A stretch of 63,947 nt of DNA, counting the filler, from Octopus bimaculoides (lineage: Eukaryota), in NCBI RefSeq assembly GCF_001194135.2. It is 6 parts of 6 records of this genome, joined end to end, with 100 filler letters (N's around TTAATTAATTAA, not from the genome) between each part and the next. Parts side by side here need not be neighbours in the genome. Positions count along the whole stretch, not along the records: positions 21,104 to 33,504 come from NC_068990.1; positions 33,605 to 45,503 come from NC_068986.1; 4 more parts are not named here. One strand, given 5' to 3'. This document shows positions 23,537 through 35,850 of this stretch, in pieces. The translations under genes and the position numbers were made by a program. The first letter of the stretch is position 1. The number at the start of each line of letters is the position of its first letter. Below the pieces are notes generated by a model. The model saw only the letters and a program-made list of their open reading frames with translations, did not search any database and was not told the origin of the DNA.

Positions 23537-24254
23537 GAACTCGAGGAAATAAACAGAGAGAGAATAAAAAAAAAAGTTTTGAAGTCAGCGGCCAATCATG
23601 GCGACTGTAAATATATAGGAAAAATAGAAGCTGAAAATGCACTGAGAATAGGTAAAGTATTTTTTATTTATATATTTGAAGCTTTAACCAGTTTCACAGT
23701 TTACATTGATTTTCATAAAAATCAAATAGAAAGAGATGACTTATATTGCAGCTGTCTTGCGTCTGATTAGTGTTTGACGTTTGCCCTGTTTTTATAAAGA
23801 GTTCATGGCTCAAATTAGTATATGTTTAGAATAGGATTTGATTGGTAGAGGATAGTCACAGGACTGGTCTTGGAAATTTTTGTAGGTTCCCCCCTATGTC
23901 TGTGTGTTAAGGTTGACACGGTTGACTGAACATGTCCAAACAATCAATTCTCTGAATGTTTTCTGTCAAGTGTTTATAGGGAATGAGTACATGATTTAAG
24001 TTTATAACCTTTTGTACGTTTCCCGCAACGTTTGTGCGTTAGTGTCACGTGACAGTATATTTTGTGTCTAAAAAGAAGGCCGACACGGTTGGGGGAATAT
24101 GTTTAGTTATAATCGAAGAGCTCCAAATTGAATCTATCTGGTGGGAGAGTTAATAGGAGTTTTTGTATATAGTCCAATGGTTAAAATTTAGATTGTTAGC
24201 TGTGTAGCTTCCTCATGATAAATGGTAGAATGAATTTTTATGTGTGAATAATTA

Positions 24255-24970
24255 TTTGTGTATGTACTGAGTCTTGGTTTGTACTTTTGTTTATCCGTGC
24301 TTCATCTGTGGCATTCGCTGAACATAGGTAGAGTGGGAATTCGGGGAACTTATTTCTTGCACATATGTCTATGTGTCCACTCAGTGGAATCTGCCTAGTA
24401 CTCGGGTCTCATATTTGTTTTCGGTGAATGATCAGTCTATTTCTTAGAGTAAACTTTATTTGACCTATGTAATCTTCATTACATCTTTGACATTTGATAG
24501 CGTATATTAAATTCCTTGAAGAACATGTAAAGTGATTTTTTACGGTAAAATCTGCGTTGATTTGAAATTGTATGTTTTATCTTCAATAAGGTTGATGCAA
24601 GGTCCCGCAACTGGGGCAGCTACACTTTTTAACTATTGGTGTAGGAATTGTGGAAGGTAATTTAGCACTTGTGAGGAATTCTTTGAGGGACTTTTTTGAT
24701 TGTCTTTTACTTTTGATTATTTTGTGTATTTCGAATGCTTGTTTTATTCTTGGGTCTTGTTTTAGAAGTGGGATGTTCTGGTAAATAATATTGTAAACCG
24801 CTGTGTTTCTTGGGTTGTGTGTTTTAATAATGGCTGAAGTATTGACTGCATCTACGAAAAAGTAGATCCTATCATACCTGCGTACCCCATCTTGACTACA
24901 ATCATCAGTTCCCCAGCTTCGGCTCTCCACCAATAACCTGGAATCCGACAAAGAGTTTGACCAGAACATA
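24255..24970 (-). pseudogene. Penelope-like element, post-RT linker and GIY-YIG endonuclease
   Basis: KTHNPRN...LLKQDPRIKQAF...SKRQ...LTSAKL...KKCSCPSCG, then NHFTCSSRNLIYAIKCQRCNEDYIGQ...LRNRLIIHRKQI and KYKPRLS. Confidence 0.88.
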
Positions 24971-25394
24971 CACTAAGGCACCCACAAACAAACACTCACG
25001 CCCAAACATGGCCTACCCAATAGACTGTTCTCCACCGCCACCAATATAAACTCGCACACACAAACATACAGGCCGCAACAATAGAGAGCAGTCACCATAT
25101 TTCATTCCATATCAGCTACCTCTGATGCGTGTAGAATTACATAATCGGATTGTTAACTAACGCTCCATTGAATCCCTAGCGTGAAACCGTTGTTAAGATC
25201 AGCCATAATGGATACGTAATATTGTACACTTCGATTAATATACTCGCTCTATTGATAGATATTCAAGTGCATTATTTTCCTGACTCATGGACTTTTAGAC
25301 GACTTACACACACACACACACACACAAGCACACACAAGCACACACACATACACACACAAACACACACTCACTCACACACACACATATATTTATA

Positions 25395-25645
25395 TGTATG
25401 TGTGTGTAGGGTCCTTTGTTTCTGTGTTTGTCCCCATCACCACCATCACTTGACACCCGGCGTTGGTGTGTTTACGTCCCCATAACCTAGTGGTTCAGGA
25501 AAAAAAACACCAATAGAATAAGTACCTGACTTAAAATAAAATAAATCCTGGGGGGGGGGGTCTATTCATTTGACTAAAATTTCTTGAAAGCTGTGCCCCA
25601 GCATGGCCACATTCTAATGACTGAACCAAGTAAAAGATAAAAAGT
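25395..25645 (+). mobile_element. SINE family B, 3' half
   Basis: Colinear with 11235-11447. Confidence 0.8.
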
Positions 25646-26169
25646 ATATCTATCTTATATATATACACACATATACATACACATATATATGTACATACAT
25701 ATATGTATATACATACACATATACATTCACACATATATATACACAAATACATGTACATATATATATATATATATATATATACATACACATATACATACAC
25801 ATACATACACATATATATATATACACATATATATGTACATATATATATACGTATACATACACACATACCCACACGCATACATATATACACACATATATGA
25901 TGTGCTTCTTTCAGTCTCCATCTACCAAATCCACTCACAAAGCTTTGNNNNNNNNNNNNNNNNNNNNNNNNNNNNNNNNNNNNNNNNNNNNNNNNNNNNN
26001 NNNNNNNNNNNNNNNNNNNNNNNNNNNNNNNNNNNNNNNNNNNNNNNNNNNNNNNNNNNNNNNNNNNNNNNNNNNNNNNNNNNNNNNNNNNNNNNNNNNN
26101 NNNNNNNNNNNNNNNNNNNNNNNNNNNNNNNNNNNNNNNNNNNNNNNNNNNNNNNNNNNNNNNNNNNNT

Positions 26170-26379
26170 GGTTACGACAACGACACGTATAAAATCCAAA
26201 GTGAAATCCGTAAAGAACTGATCAACGAATATATTCCAAAGAGTGAGGATGAAGGGGAGGTGGTTTATGAAAAATGTTTGATATATTCCAATACCACAGA
26301 AAATGGAAATCGAACTACACAGAAGTGCAGCTCTTGGGTGTATGATAAAACCAACACGCACACCTCAATCACCACTGAG
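26170..26379 (+). CDS. SLC22/Orct-type organic cation transporter, 3' part of the exon encoding the large extracellular loop (5' end in gap)
   Basis: GYDNDTYKIQSEIRKELINEYIP...YEKC...CSSWVYDKTNTHTSITTE followed by a phase-0 donor GAG|GTAAGG. The C..W.YD...S..TE motif is typical of SLC22. Confidence 0.88.
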
Positions 26380-26494
26380 GTAAGGTTATTTTGAAAGTCA
26401 CACGCCACATACAAGCTAATCTATCTATCCTTCTATCTACCTGCCAAACTATTTGCCTCTCCACCTAACAATCCCTCTATCTATCTATCTGTCG

Positions 26495-26526
<32 letters not shown>

Positions 26527-27084
26527 CATTTATTATACACTCAGTCACACACACACAAACGTGCGCGCGCGTATATATATATATTGATTGGTCTTACTGC
26601 CTGTCTATCTAGCTTGGAAGCCAGTTATCTCTAGCTATCCATCTACATACTTATCTACTTTTAAATTTACTATGTCCACAAGCCTTTTATACATCCCTAG
26701 ACTTTTAAGTCTTTTATATCCACGAACCAATAAAGCCTTTAAATCCGTGATCCTTTAATCCTTGACCCTTTATATCTGTGACCCTTTATATCCCCACAAC
26801 CTATTACAGAAAATTAAACCTCCTTTGATTCTGCTCCCTTTTATTCTATTCTATATCGTTTCACTTTATTTTATTTTCTTTCGTTTCCCCTCTATATTGT
26901 ATCTTATCCTGCTTTATTTTATTTTACTTCTTCTCATCTTCCTATCTGCTAATTCTACGAACAGCATTACCCTATTATCTTAATGAAATATATGAGAGTA
27001 TATATACAAGTATATACATGTGTATGTTTATGCTTATATACATGCATATACATATATGTATGTATATACATGTATATATATATC

Positions 27085-27190
27085 TCATTTTGTCCACGTT
27101 TTTTTGTGACGTCCTGTACCCAGATATGCATCTATATATACATGTAGATGTAGGTATGTACATACATGTACGTATATATGCACATACTCA
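27085..27190 (+). repeat. Dispersed repeat, copy 1 of 3 (others about 34775-34960 and 35915-36075)
   Basis: Shared ACGTCCTGTACCCNGATATGCATNTATATACAYGTAGATGTA. Confidence 0.75.
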
Positions 27191-27912
27191 CATATTATTT
27201 GTATTATTACACGCGTCATCTTTGCAAGTAAGTTTTGACTTTATATTTCTGACGCAACTCTATCTATCTTTGTATCTTTCTCCCCCTCTCGTTCTTCCTT
27301 CTGTTGTTCTTCGCCTCTCCCCTTCACTACTATATATATATATATATATCTCTTCCTCCCTGTCTCTCGTTGCTCACCTATATTCTACTTCCTCCCCTTT
27401 TTTTCTCCCTCTACTACTTTCTCCTTACTAATCACATGTGTCCGGCTACTTCTTCCTTTCCTATCTTGGCCACTGCCAAGCTCGCACGAACTTTCTTCTC
27501 TCTTCCTTCCAGTTCGTCACATCACAGCGTTCAGTATACACATATATTTTTTTTCACGTCTGGCCTTNNNNNNNNNNNNNNNNNNNNNNNNNNNNNNNNN
27601 NNNNNNNNNNNNNNNNNNNNNNNNNNNNNNNNNNNNNNNNNNNNNNNNNNNNNNNNNNNNNNNNNNNNNNNNNNNNNNNNNNNNNNNNNNNNNNNNNNNN
27701 NNNNNNNNNNNNNNNNNNNNNNNNNNNNNNNNNNNNNNNNNNNNNNNNNNNNNNNNNNNNNNNNNNNNNNNNNNNNNNNNNNNNNNNNNNNNNNNNNNNN
27801 NNNNNNNNNNNNNNNNNNNNNNNNNNNNNNNNNNNNNNNNNNNNNNNNNNNNNNNNNNNNNNNNNNNNNNNNNNNNNNTATATATATACATATATATGTA
27901 TGTATGTATATA

Positions 27913-30140
27913 TTGGGTCATCTCATAAATAATACGTTTTTTTCAATTGCATGAATTAAAAGTTGGCGGGGGACGGGATAAACTACCTGCATCAGCTTGT
28001 TATAAAAGCAGGTAGTAATTTTACCTTATCCTTATTCTTAGTGCAAGTCCTAAAAAGTACAGTTCCGTTTTAACAGTTATTTTTCCAAAGCTATAATGGA
28101 AGTGACAAAGGAACATATTCGGTATATCTTGATTTATAAGTTCAATAAAGGCAACAACGCAACGGAAAGGGCGAGGAATATTAATGCTGTATATGGGGAA
28201 TCAGACAAAAATCGTAAGCCAGTGTCAACGATGGTTCCGGAAATTCCCATCCGGAAACTACAGCCTAGAAGATCTGTAGAGCTCGACGAGGACGTCCTTC
28301 AAACTCTGGTGGAACAAAATCCCATCGTAATTGTTGAGGAACTAGAAGAAGTCAAAAATTATACGCACTTTCACCATAAAATGTTTATTAATGTCATACT
28401 ACCTTCTGCGCATGCGTGTTTATTGTTGGTACTATTGGGGTCATGTGATCAATTTTTGAGCCTGATCGCGATATTTTTTTTCTGGTTTTACAGTTTAATC
28501 ATGGCCGATCTACAAGCCATGTGTACCAAAGAAGAACAAAGAGTAGTAATCCGAGAGATGGTAATGGTGAACCGCTTCAGCAATACCATCTCTCGAGCTT
28601 GCTGAATCTTCTCGTCAGTGGTGGAGGTTAACGGGCGTCCTGCTTCCTCTTCGTGCATCACTCTTTTCCGATCAGTTTTAAACATCTCGATCCACTCATG
28701 CACACTTTTATGTGGTAGTGCACTGTCACCGTATTGTGCTAAAAAGCCTCCAATGAATTTCAGCACTTGACACACCTTTCAACCAGGGAAATTGGATGAC
28801 TGATCTTTGTTTTTTTTTTTTGGTGCACATTGCTAGTAGAGCGGCCATACTTACATTGTAATGCCAGAAAGAAAAATGTCGCGAGCAGGATCAATCTTCG
28901 ATCACGTGACTACAACAGTACCACCTATAAGCATGTATGGGCAGAAGGCAGTGTGACAATAATAATGATATGTTATGGCGAAAGTGTGGATAAGTTTTTG
29001 ACTTCCCCTCGTAGGAGAGAAGCTTGGATTTGGTCATTCAACCATTCATCGACACCTGCATGCCATCGGAAAAGTTAGCAAATTTGGTCAATGAGTTACA
29101 CACAAACTTTCCGAGTCTAATCGCGCACAGAGAGTGAATGTATGCTCTTCTTTGCTGTCACATCCCACAAATGAACCTTTCTTAAAATTTTTGGACCGAA
29201 TAATGACTGGTGACGAGAAATAGGTTCTCTATAAAAATGTCAAGTGCCGAAGACGGTGGGTAGGAAAGGGAGAAACACCGGAACCTCAGGCTTAAGAAGG
29301 TTTTCACCTACGTAAGTTGTTGTTACCGGTTTGGTGGGATATGAAAGGTTTAATCCACTTGAACATTTAAATCCAAACCAAACGATAACAAATATCTACT
29401 GCCAGTAGTTTGAGCGTCTTTAGTCAGTGCTAGAAAAAAAACGACCATTTTTGGTTTCAAAAGGAAAGGTGTTCTTCCATCAGGATAATGCTCGGCGACG
29501 AAAAATGGTGCCTGAACATCAATATGAAGCAGTGTAAGGAATGGCTTTGTCCAGGTAAACAAGCAAGACACCACGCGTGAAACAAGATCTTCATTCGCGT
29601 AAAACAATGTTGTGTGTATGGTGGGACTGGGAAGGGATTATCCATTACGAATTGCTTGAACAGTACCAAACGGTCAAGGCAGAACTCTATGTTCAACAGA
29701 TGGAACGACTCAACACGGCTATTCAAGAGAAAAGACCTAATCGTCAGCATGGAGTTCTTCTGCTGCACGACGACACCCACCCTCATATCGTCAATATGAC
29801 CAAGGAAGCCATTCAAACGCATGACTGGGAAGTGCTGCCACACCCGCCGTACTCTCATTGATTTGGCACCAACGGATTTTCACCTCTTTCGATCTCTTTC
29901 AAATGCTATGCGTGGAATTTCGTTCAATACTGATGCAGAATTGATAGTTTGGTTGGATCAATTTTTCGAGTCGAAATCGGGTGATTTCTACCAACGAGGT
30001 ATTGAAAATATTGTTGAACGTTGGGAAGAAGTTGTTAACAACAAGGGTGAATATATTATTGATTAATTAGTTGTCATTTTTATTAAATCTTTTAAAAAAC
30101 TTAAATTTAAAAAACGGTGGGAATTTAGTTGCCACCCTAA
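27913..30140 (+). mobile_element. Composite mariner: 5' part of element A (interrupted at 28345-29011) fused to the 3' part of a different mariner B
   Basis: 5' ITR-like TTGGGTCATC after TA; MEVTKEHIRY...; TGDEK at about 29210; QDNAR at 29481; restart at DEKW 29497; WWDWEGIIHYELL, PHPPYS, RWEEVVNNKGEYIID*; 3' ITR-like end GCCACCCTAA-TA. Confidence 0.88.
28345..29011. mobile_element. Fold-back element made of two mariner 5' ends in opposite orientation, TA target duplication
   Basis: Left arm (+) and right arm (-) both contain ITR, leader and the start MA.L.AMCTK; TA at 28343-28344 and 29012-29013. Confidence 0.85.
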
Positions 30141-30588
30141 TAGAAAGGATGCGTTAAATGCAGTATCCAAATCTTGTTTCACGGTAAGTCCTAGGTATTG
30201 TGCCTACAGAGCACGTTCACCACTTATGACTACCAGGCGTCATCAGCGTTACTGAGCATTTTATGGTTGGATCCACATCCGGAATGTTGAGATGCGCGTA
30301 GGGTATATTTTAAATGATTAAGGCATAAGACGGTAACTAGAAGCTTCATCAGCACAACAATCATTTCGGTTTCATTAAGCGCTGCTCCCTAGTGAGCGTG
30401 GGATGATGTAGTCACGTCAGATGCAACGCACAGTGCGAAATAGCCTCATCAGGTAACGCAACATACTTCAAAATTTACCAGATTTACANNNNNNNNNNNN
30501 NNNNNNNNNNNNNNNNNNNNNNNNNNNNNNNNNNNNNNNNNNNNNNNNNNNNNNNNNNNNNNNNNNNNNNNNNNNNNNNNNNNNNNNN

Positions 30589-30633
<45 letters not shown>

Positions 30634-31198
30634 ATTATGTGTTTTAACTACAGTATTAGAGCTTTTTAGCTCTTATTTCTAGCAATGTAGGTGTTCTAAC
30701 ACACTTGTCATATACATACATACACACACACACTCACACCTATACATGTACATATATATGTATTTGTATATGGATGTGTGCATGGATGTATATGTCTATA
30801 ATTGAGATCGGTTTTTCAAACTGACTGTCAAAATAGATATACAATGCACTGCATGAGGTGGCTGTAAGGTAAGGGATGCCTGTGTATATATATATAAGAA
30901 AATGTACACAATTTACATTGTTTTAATATATTTTAAAATATATTTTATAAGTGGAAGAGTATTGTGTTTGTCGACCGGTTTTGCTTTCGCTAATCAGGAC
31001 ATTGAAGTTATTGTAATTTCTTTTTTTCTTTAGAATATTTTAGTCCATATATTGTGTGGAAGTTTGTGAGTTTGTGAAACTATATATATATATATAAAAA
31101 TATACCTTCCCGTCCATTCAACATGTGCAACCACTAATCCAGAAACAATTTTTCTCTCCATTGTTTTTCCTCTTTCCATCTGTTCCCTGTCTTTATTA

Positions 31199-31231
31199 CT
31201 TTTTGTAGAACACAGGTTTGAAACGTCAAAG
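31199..31231 (+). ncRNA. Hammerhead-like motif, core partly deleted
   Basis: CTTT-ttgta-GAAC acag GTTT-GAAAC-GTC-AAAG; flanks are homologous to the 23430-23590 repeat. Confidence 0.45.
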
Positions 31232-32119
31232 ACTTTTCTATTTTTCCTGATACACCTGTCTGTAATTTTTTTTGGTCATATTGTATAATTTTGAACCATG
31301 TATGTATACACACACACACACACACACACACATATGTATGCGTGTATATATATATATATATANNNNNNNNNNNNNNNNNNNNNNNNNNNNNNNNNNNNNN
31401 NNNNNNNNNNNNNNNNNNNNNNNNNNNNNNNNNNNNNNNNNNNNNNNNNNNNNNNNNNNNNNNNNNNNNNNNNNNNNNNNNNNNNNNNNNNNNNNNNNNN
31501 NNNNNNNNNNNNNNNNNNNNNNNNNNNNNNNNNNNNNNNNNNNNNNNNNNNNNNNNNNNNNNNNNNNNNNNNNNNNNNNNNNNNNNNNNNNNNNNNNNNN
31601 NNNNNNNNNNNNNNNNNNNNNNNNNNNNNNNNNNNNNNNNNNNNNNNNNNNNNNNNNNNNNNNNNNNNNNNNNNNNNNNNNNNNNNNNNNNNNNNNNNNN
31701 NNNNNNNNNNNNNNNNNNNNNNNNNNNNNNNNNNNNNNNNNNNNNNNNNNNNNNNNNNNNNNNNNNNNNNNNNNNNNNNNNNNNNNNNNNNNNNNNNNNN
31801 NNNNNNNNNNNNNNNNNNNNNNNNNNNNNNNNNNNNNNNNNNNNNNNNNNNNNNNNNNNNNNNNNNNNNNNNNNNNNNNNNNNNNNNNNNNNNNNNNNNN
31901 NNNNNNNNNNNNNNNNNNNNNNNNNNNNNNNNNNNNNNNNNNNNNNNNNNNNNNNNNNNNNNNNNNNNNNNNNNNNNNNNNNNNNNNNNNNNNNNNNNNN
32001 NNNNNNNNNNNNNNNNNNNNNNNNNNNNNNNNNNNNNNNNNNNNNNNNNNNNNNNNNNNNCGGTTGTTTAACAAGTATTTACATGTTGACCTAAAAGAAA
32101 CCGTAATTTTGCAATATTA

Positions 32120-32732
32120 TTTTATTCACATAGTTTTACATGTTTACACTTTTATCGCCTTCAAAGTATTCTCCATTTGAAGGAATGCATCCGTCCAGGC
32201 GTGTTCTCCGCTATTCGAAGCTGTGCTAGAATTCTTGCAAAGTGATGCCTTTTAACGCCTCCATCGTTTTTTTTCCTTCGCCTCTTCCACGTCTGCAGAT
32301 TCCGTATCACATGCTTTTATCACCAGTGATGACCTTCGAAAAAAGGTTCGGATCAACTTCCAGCTGTTCTTTCGGTTCACGACACGCATTCACTCGTGAC
32401 TGCTTTTAATCTTCCGTGAGCAAGGCGAGGCACAAATTTTGATGAAACTCTTTTCATTCGCAGTTCTTCGCTCAAAATGCGTCAGCAGGAGCTCCAGGAC
32501 ACACCAGTCATATCAACAAGTTTGTAAATTGTTCAGTGATGGTCTTCCAAGATCAGTTCGTGAATTTTCATGATATTTACATTCGTTCGATAGATCGACG
32601 GTCGTCCTAAACGAGGTTGGTCTTCAAGCGTCAAGTAACCATTCCTAAAGCACGGAAACCACTCGAAAACTTGTGTTATGCTCGTAGCAGCGTCCTTCTA
32701 AGCTGCTTGAAGCAAGACAACTGCTTCAGCCG
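32120..32732 (-). pseudogene. Internally deleted mariner transposase relic
   Basis: Minus-strand KFVPRLL, DPNLFSKVITGDKSM and terminal YFEGDK. Confidence 0.75.
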
Positions 32733-32832
32733 NNNNNNNNNNNNNNNNNNNNNNNNNNNNNNNNNNNNNNNNNNNNNNNNNNNNNNNNNNNNNNNNNNNN
32801 NNNNNNNNNNNNNNNNNNNNNNNNNNNNNNNN

Positions 32833-32866
<34 letters not shown>

Positions 32867-32947
32867 ATGCATGCGTGTAAGTATATGTGTGTGTACGCCT
32901 GTATTTAATCAGCTGAATTTTAAGTTTGTCTCATCAATCTTTTTCAG

Positions 32948-33102
32948 ATTTGGTCGCAAGAAAGTGATAATTGTGTGTTTATTTTTGCAAGGGGCAGCCG
33001 GAATAGCAACGGCCTTAATCTCCAATATTTATGCCATATATGTGTTACGTTTTCTCACTGCAGTTGGTGGTGCTGGATCATACATTCCCTCAATTGTATT
33101 TG
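32948..33102 (+). CDS. SLC22/Orct-type transporter internal exon (TM2-TM4 region)
   Basis: Acceptor TTTTTCAG|A, (R)FGRKKVIIVCLFLQGAAGIATALISNIYAIYVLRFLTAVGGAGSYIPSIVF, donor TG|GTAAGA; 155 nt; contains the MFS signature (D)RFGRK. Confidence 0.93.
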
Positions 33103-33304
33103 GTAAGAAAACAACAATAAAATACTATAAATGTCCACTTTTAAATTTTATTCTTTATCTGCTCTCTTCCATTAGAAAGAGCCCTTTCAGGGGTTTTAAT
33201 CATATCCGCAATTTTAGCTTATCTCATTACGGAAGAAATGTTACGTTGCTCTGACTGAAAAGGAAATAGTCATGGCAAAATAGAATAGCACAGGTTACGC
33301 AAAC

Positions 33305-33504
33305 ACATGCGAGGTGGTATTAAAAAGTTCCCGGACAACTTTTGTAGCGCGCCAACAGATGGCAGCACGCAGTTGCATGTGCCATGAGAGCTAGCGCTTC
33401 ATGAGGCAGTGTGCCAAGTAACATTGCTGTGTTTACTTCGCAAGTTGTAAAATGTGTGTTCTTGTGATCACGTGTATGGTGTAGTCTGCACTTTTTGTCA
33501 AGGA
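33305..33504 (+). mobile_element. Mariner-type 5' terminus, truncated by the scaffold end
   Basis: CGAGGTGGTATTAAAAAGTTCCCGGAC resembles mariner ITR starts; CCAACAGATGGCAGCAC subterminal motif. Confidence 0.5.
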
Positions 33505-33604
33505 NNNNNNNNNNNNNNNNNNNNNNNNNNNNNNNNNNNNNNNNNNNNTTAATTAATTAANNNNNNNNNNNNNNNNNNNNNNNNNNNNNNNNNNNNNNNN
33601 NNNN
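33505..33604. other. Artificial scaffold-joining spacer
   Basis: 44 N + TTAATTAATTAA + 44 N. Confidence 0.97.
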
Positions 33605-33867
33605 CCCAACATCGCCACCTCCACCATCGCCCCCGCTACCATCACTACCGCCATCACCACCACCGCCAACATTACAACCAATACCACCACCACCACCACT
33701 AACAAAAACAACACGATCAAATTCTTCTGCATTATTATAAACTAACAATCAAATCTACTTTGGACAACGTTAGAGTGTTAGTGATATCGATCTTCTTGTT
33801 TCTCAGCTTGTCTGTTACCCCCTTTCTCTCTTTACTCTCTCCTTCCCTCTGTCTGTCTGTCTCTGTC

Positions 33868-33914
<47 letters not shown>

Positions 33915-35464
33915 CTCTCTCCCTGTTTAGATACACACACATATGTATGTCTACATATATTTATATTGTATGTGCCTGTATAAGTATATATATATATATA
34001 TATATACGACAGTGTGCTGAAACGGTCTTGGTTTTAAGGGTATCGCGAAAGGCCTGCTTGGTGGCCTAAACTTTCGAGTTCTTTTACAGGGTCGTTAGAG
34101 AAATTATAGTCTCAGTAATAATCACCAATCCGATATGAAGTATTAAAAACATTGGTTGCGCTTCTGCAATCTGGCCATTGACATTTCATTGACGTGTTCT
34201 TCACCGTATATGTACTTCTCAAATATAATATATTGATGTTGTCTGCTTGAAAAAACCTTCTTGATCTAAAGCAGGACGCACTCTCCTGCGACATAAAATC
34301 GAAGTGATTTCCGTTTTGCATAACAAAGGACATTTTGCCTTGAGTCTGTTCCAAACAAAATACTGCGAACAAACACAATGGATAGTAAACAAGCTGTCAA
34401 CTCCCTTATTTACAAACTTTCATCCCCGTCAATTTCAGCTCCTTCCTTAGAGCGACTTCGCAATCTAGTTATACACCGCAGGTATTTACGTAAAGGATCT
34501 ACTGGGAGCTGGCTTGACCCATCCAATCCATTAAGAACTTAGCTGACTAGGTCTTACAAGAAAACACCTTTCAAGTTGAATGTAATCAGATTGGGCATCT
34601 GATTGGTTACATAAGAGCTTTCGTGCTTATGAATCTCTCAGTTATGGCTGTATGAGCTATTAACCATTTGTCTATAAGTATACACTCAATATAAACTACC
34701 CTTGTGTGTATGTATACGTATATACATAAATATATGTATATATGCCTGTATATATACACATATATACAGCTGATGAAGGAAAAGTTCCATAAGTGGCTCG
34801 TCTGTTTTCCTATGTGTTCATTCTGTTGTCCGTAAAAAAAAAAGTCCGTTTTTTGTGCTTTATTTATGTTCCCGTTCCTTTTTCGACGTCCTGTACCCGG
34901 ATATGCATCTATATATACATGTAGATGTATGTATGTACATATATGTATGTATACATGCATATGCTCATATATCATTTGTATTATATATATATATATATAT
35001 ATATCCCAAACTGAATACGAACGTAACGGACGGCAATAAAAGCATACGGACAGATAGATAGACGTTACAAAGACGGACACGAAAAAACCAGGTCGGAACA
35101 CGCGTGGCTTTCTTTCATCAGTCGAATTCCGCTCATCATTAAAGTTTCGGCCTGTTACACAAGATACTGTTCAAAATTGGTAGGCCCCAAAAATCTAAGC
35201 TAGGGGCATTAAGTTTTTGGGAAGAAATCAAGCGAATATGTGCGACAACACAGACAAAAATAAACGAGAAAATGGAGATGCTACACGATTACAAATACAA
35301 ACAAGAACAACAACAGGTATCTTTCAACTAAGAAAACAAACTAAATTGAGCTGGCGTGTAAAGTGGAAACCTTAAGGCAAAAACATTATAATGATATCTA
35401 TATATGTATATGGATCTAGATATGTATGTATGTATATATATATACCCATACCTAAATATAAACG

Positions 35465-35516
<52 letters not shown>

Positions 35517-35531
35517 TGTGTGTTTGTGTGT

Positions 35532-35850
35532 GAGGGCGCGTGGCTTAGTGGTTACGGCATTCGGCTCGTGATTGTAAGGTCGTGAGTTCAATCCCCGGCG
35601 ACGCGATGTCTCCTTGAGCAAGACACTTTATTTCACGTTGCCCCAGTCCACTCAGCTGGCAAAAATAAGAGGCACTTGTATTTCAAAGGGCCGGATTTGT
35701 CAAACTCTGTGTCACGCTGAATCTCCCTGAGAATTACGTTAAGGGTACACGTGTCTGTGGAGTGCTCAGCCACTTGCACATTAATTTCACGAGCAGGCTG
35801 TTCCGTTGATCGTATCAGCCGGGACCCTCGTCGTAACCGACGGAGTGTTC
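35532..35850 (+). mobile_element. tRNA-headed SINE family C with Pol III A and B boxes
   Basis: A box TGGCTTAGTGG 35541-35551, B box GTTCAATCC 35586-35594, then CCTTGAGCAAGACACTT core-like segment. Confidence 0.88.

Noticed and set aside
26380-32947. The expected SLC22 exon with the LVC motif
   Set aside because: Not found in called bases; not reported as a feature because it can only be inferred to lie in a gap.
35085-35150. CTGATGA and CCGAAAC close together on the minus strand
   Set aside because: Order and flanks do not give stems I-III for any hammerhead topology.
35532-35602. tRNA gene (also SINE heads at 230-300, 41940-42008, 42148-42215, 62285-62353)
   Set aside because: A and B boxes are present but no complete cloverleaf, and each continues into a SINE body.
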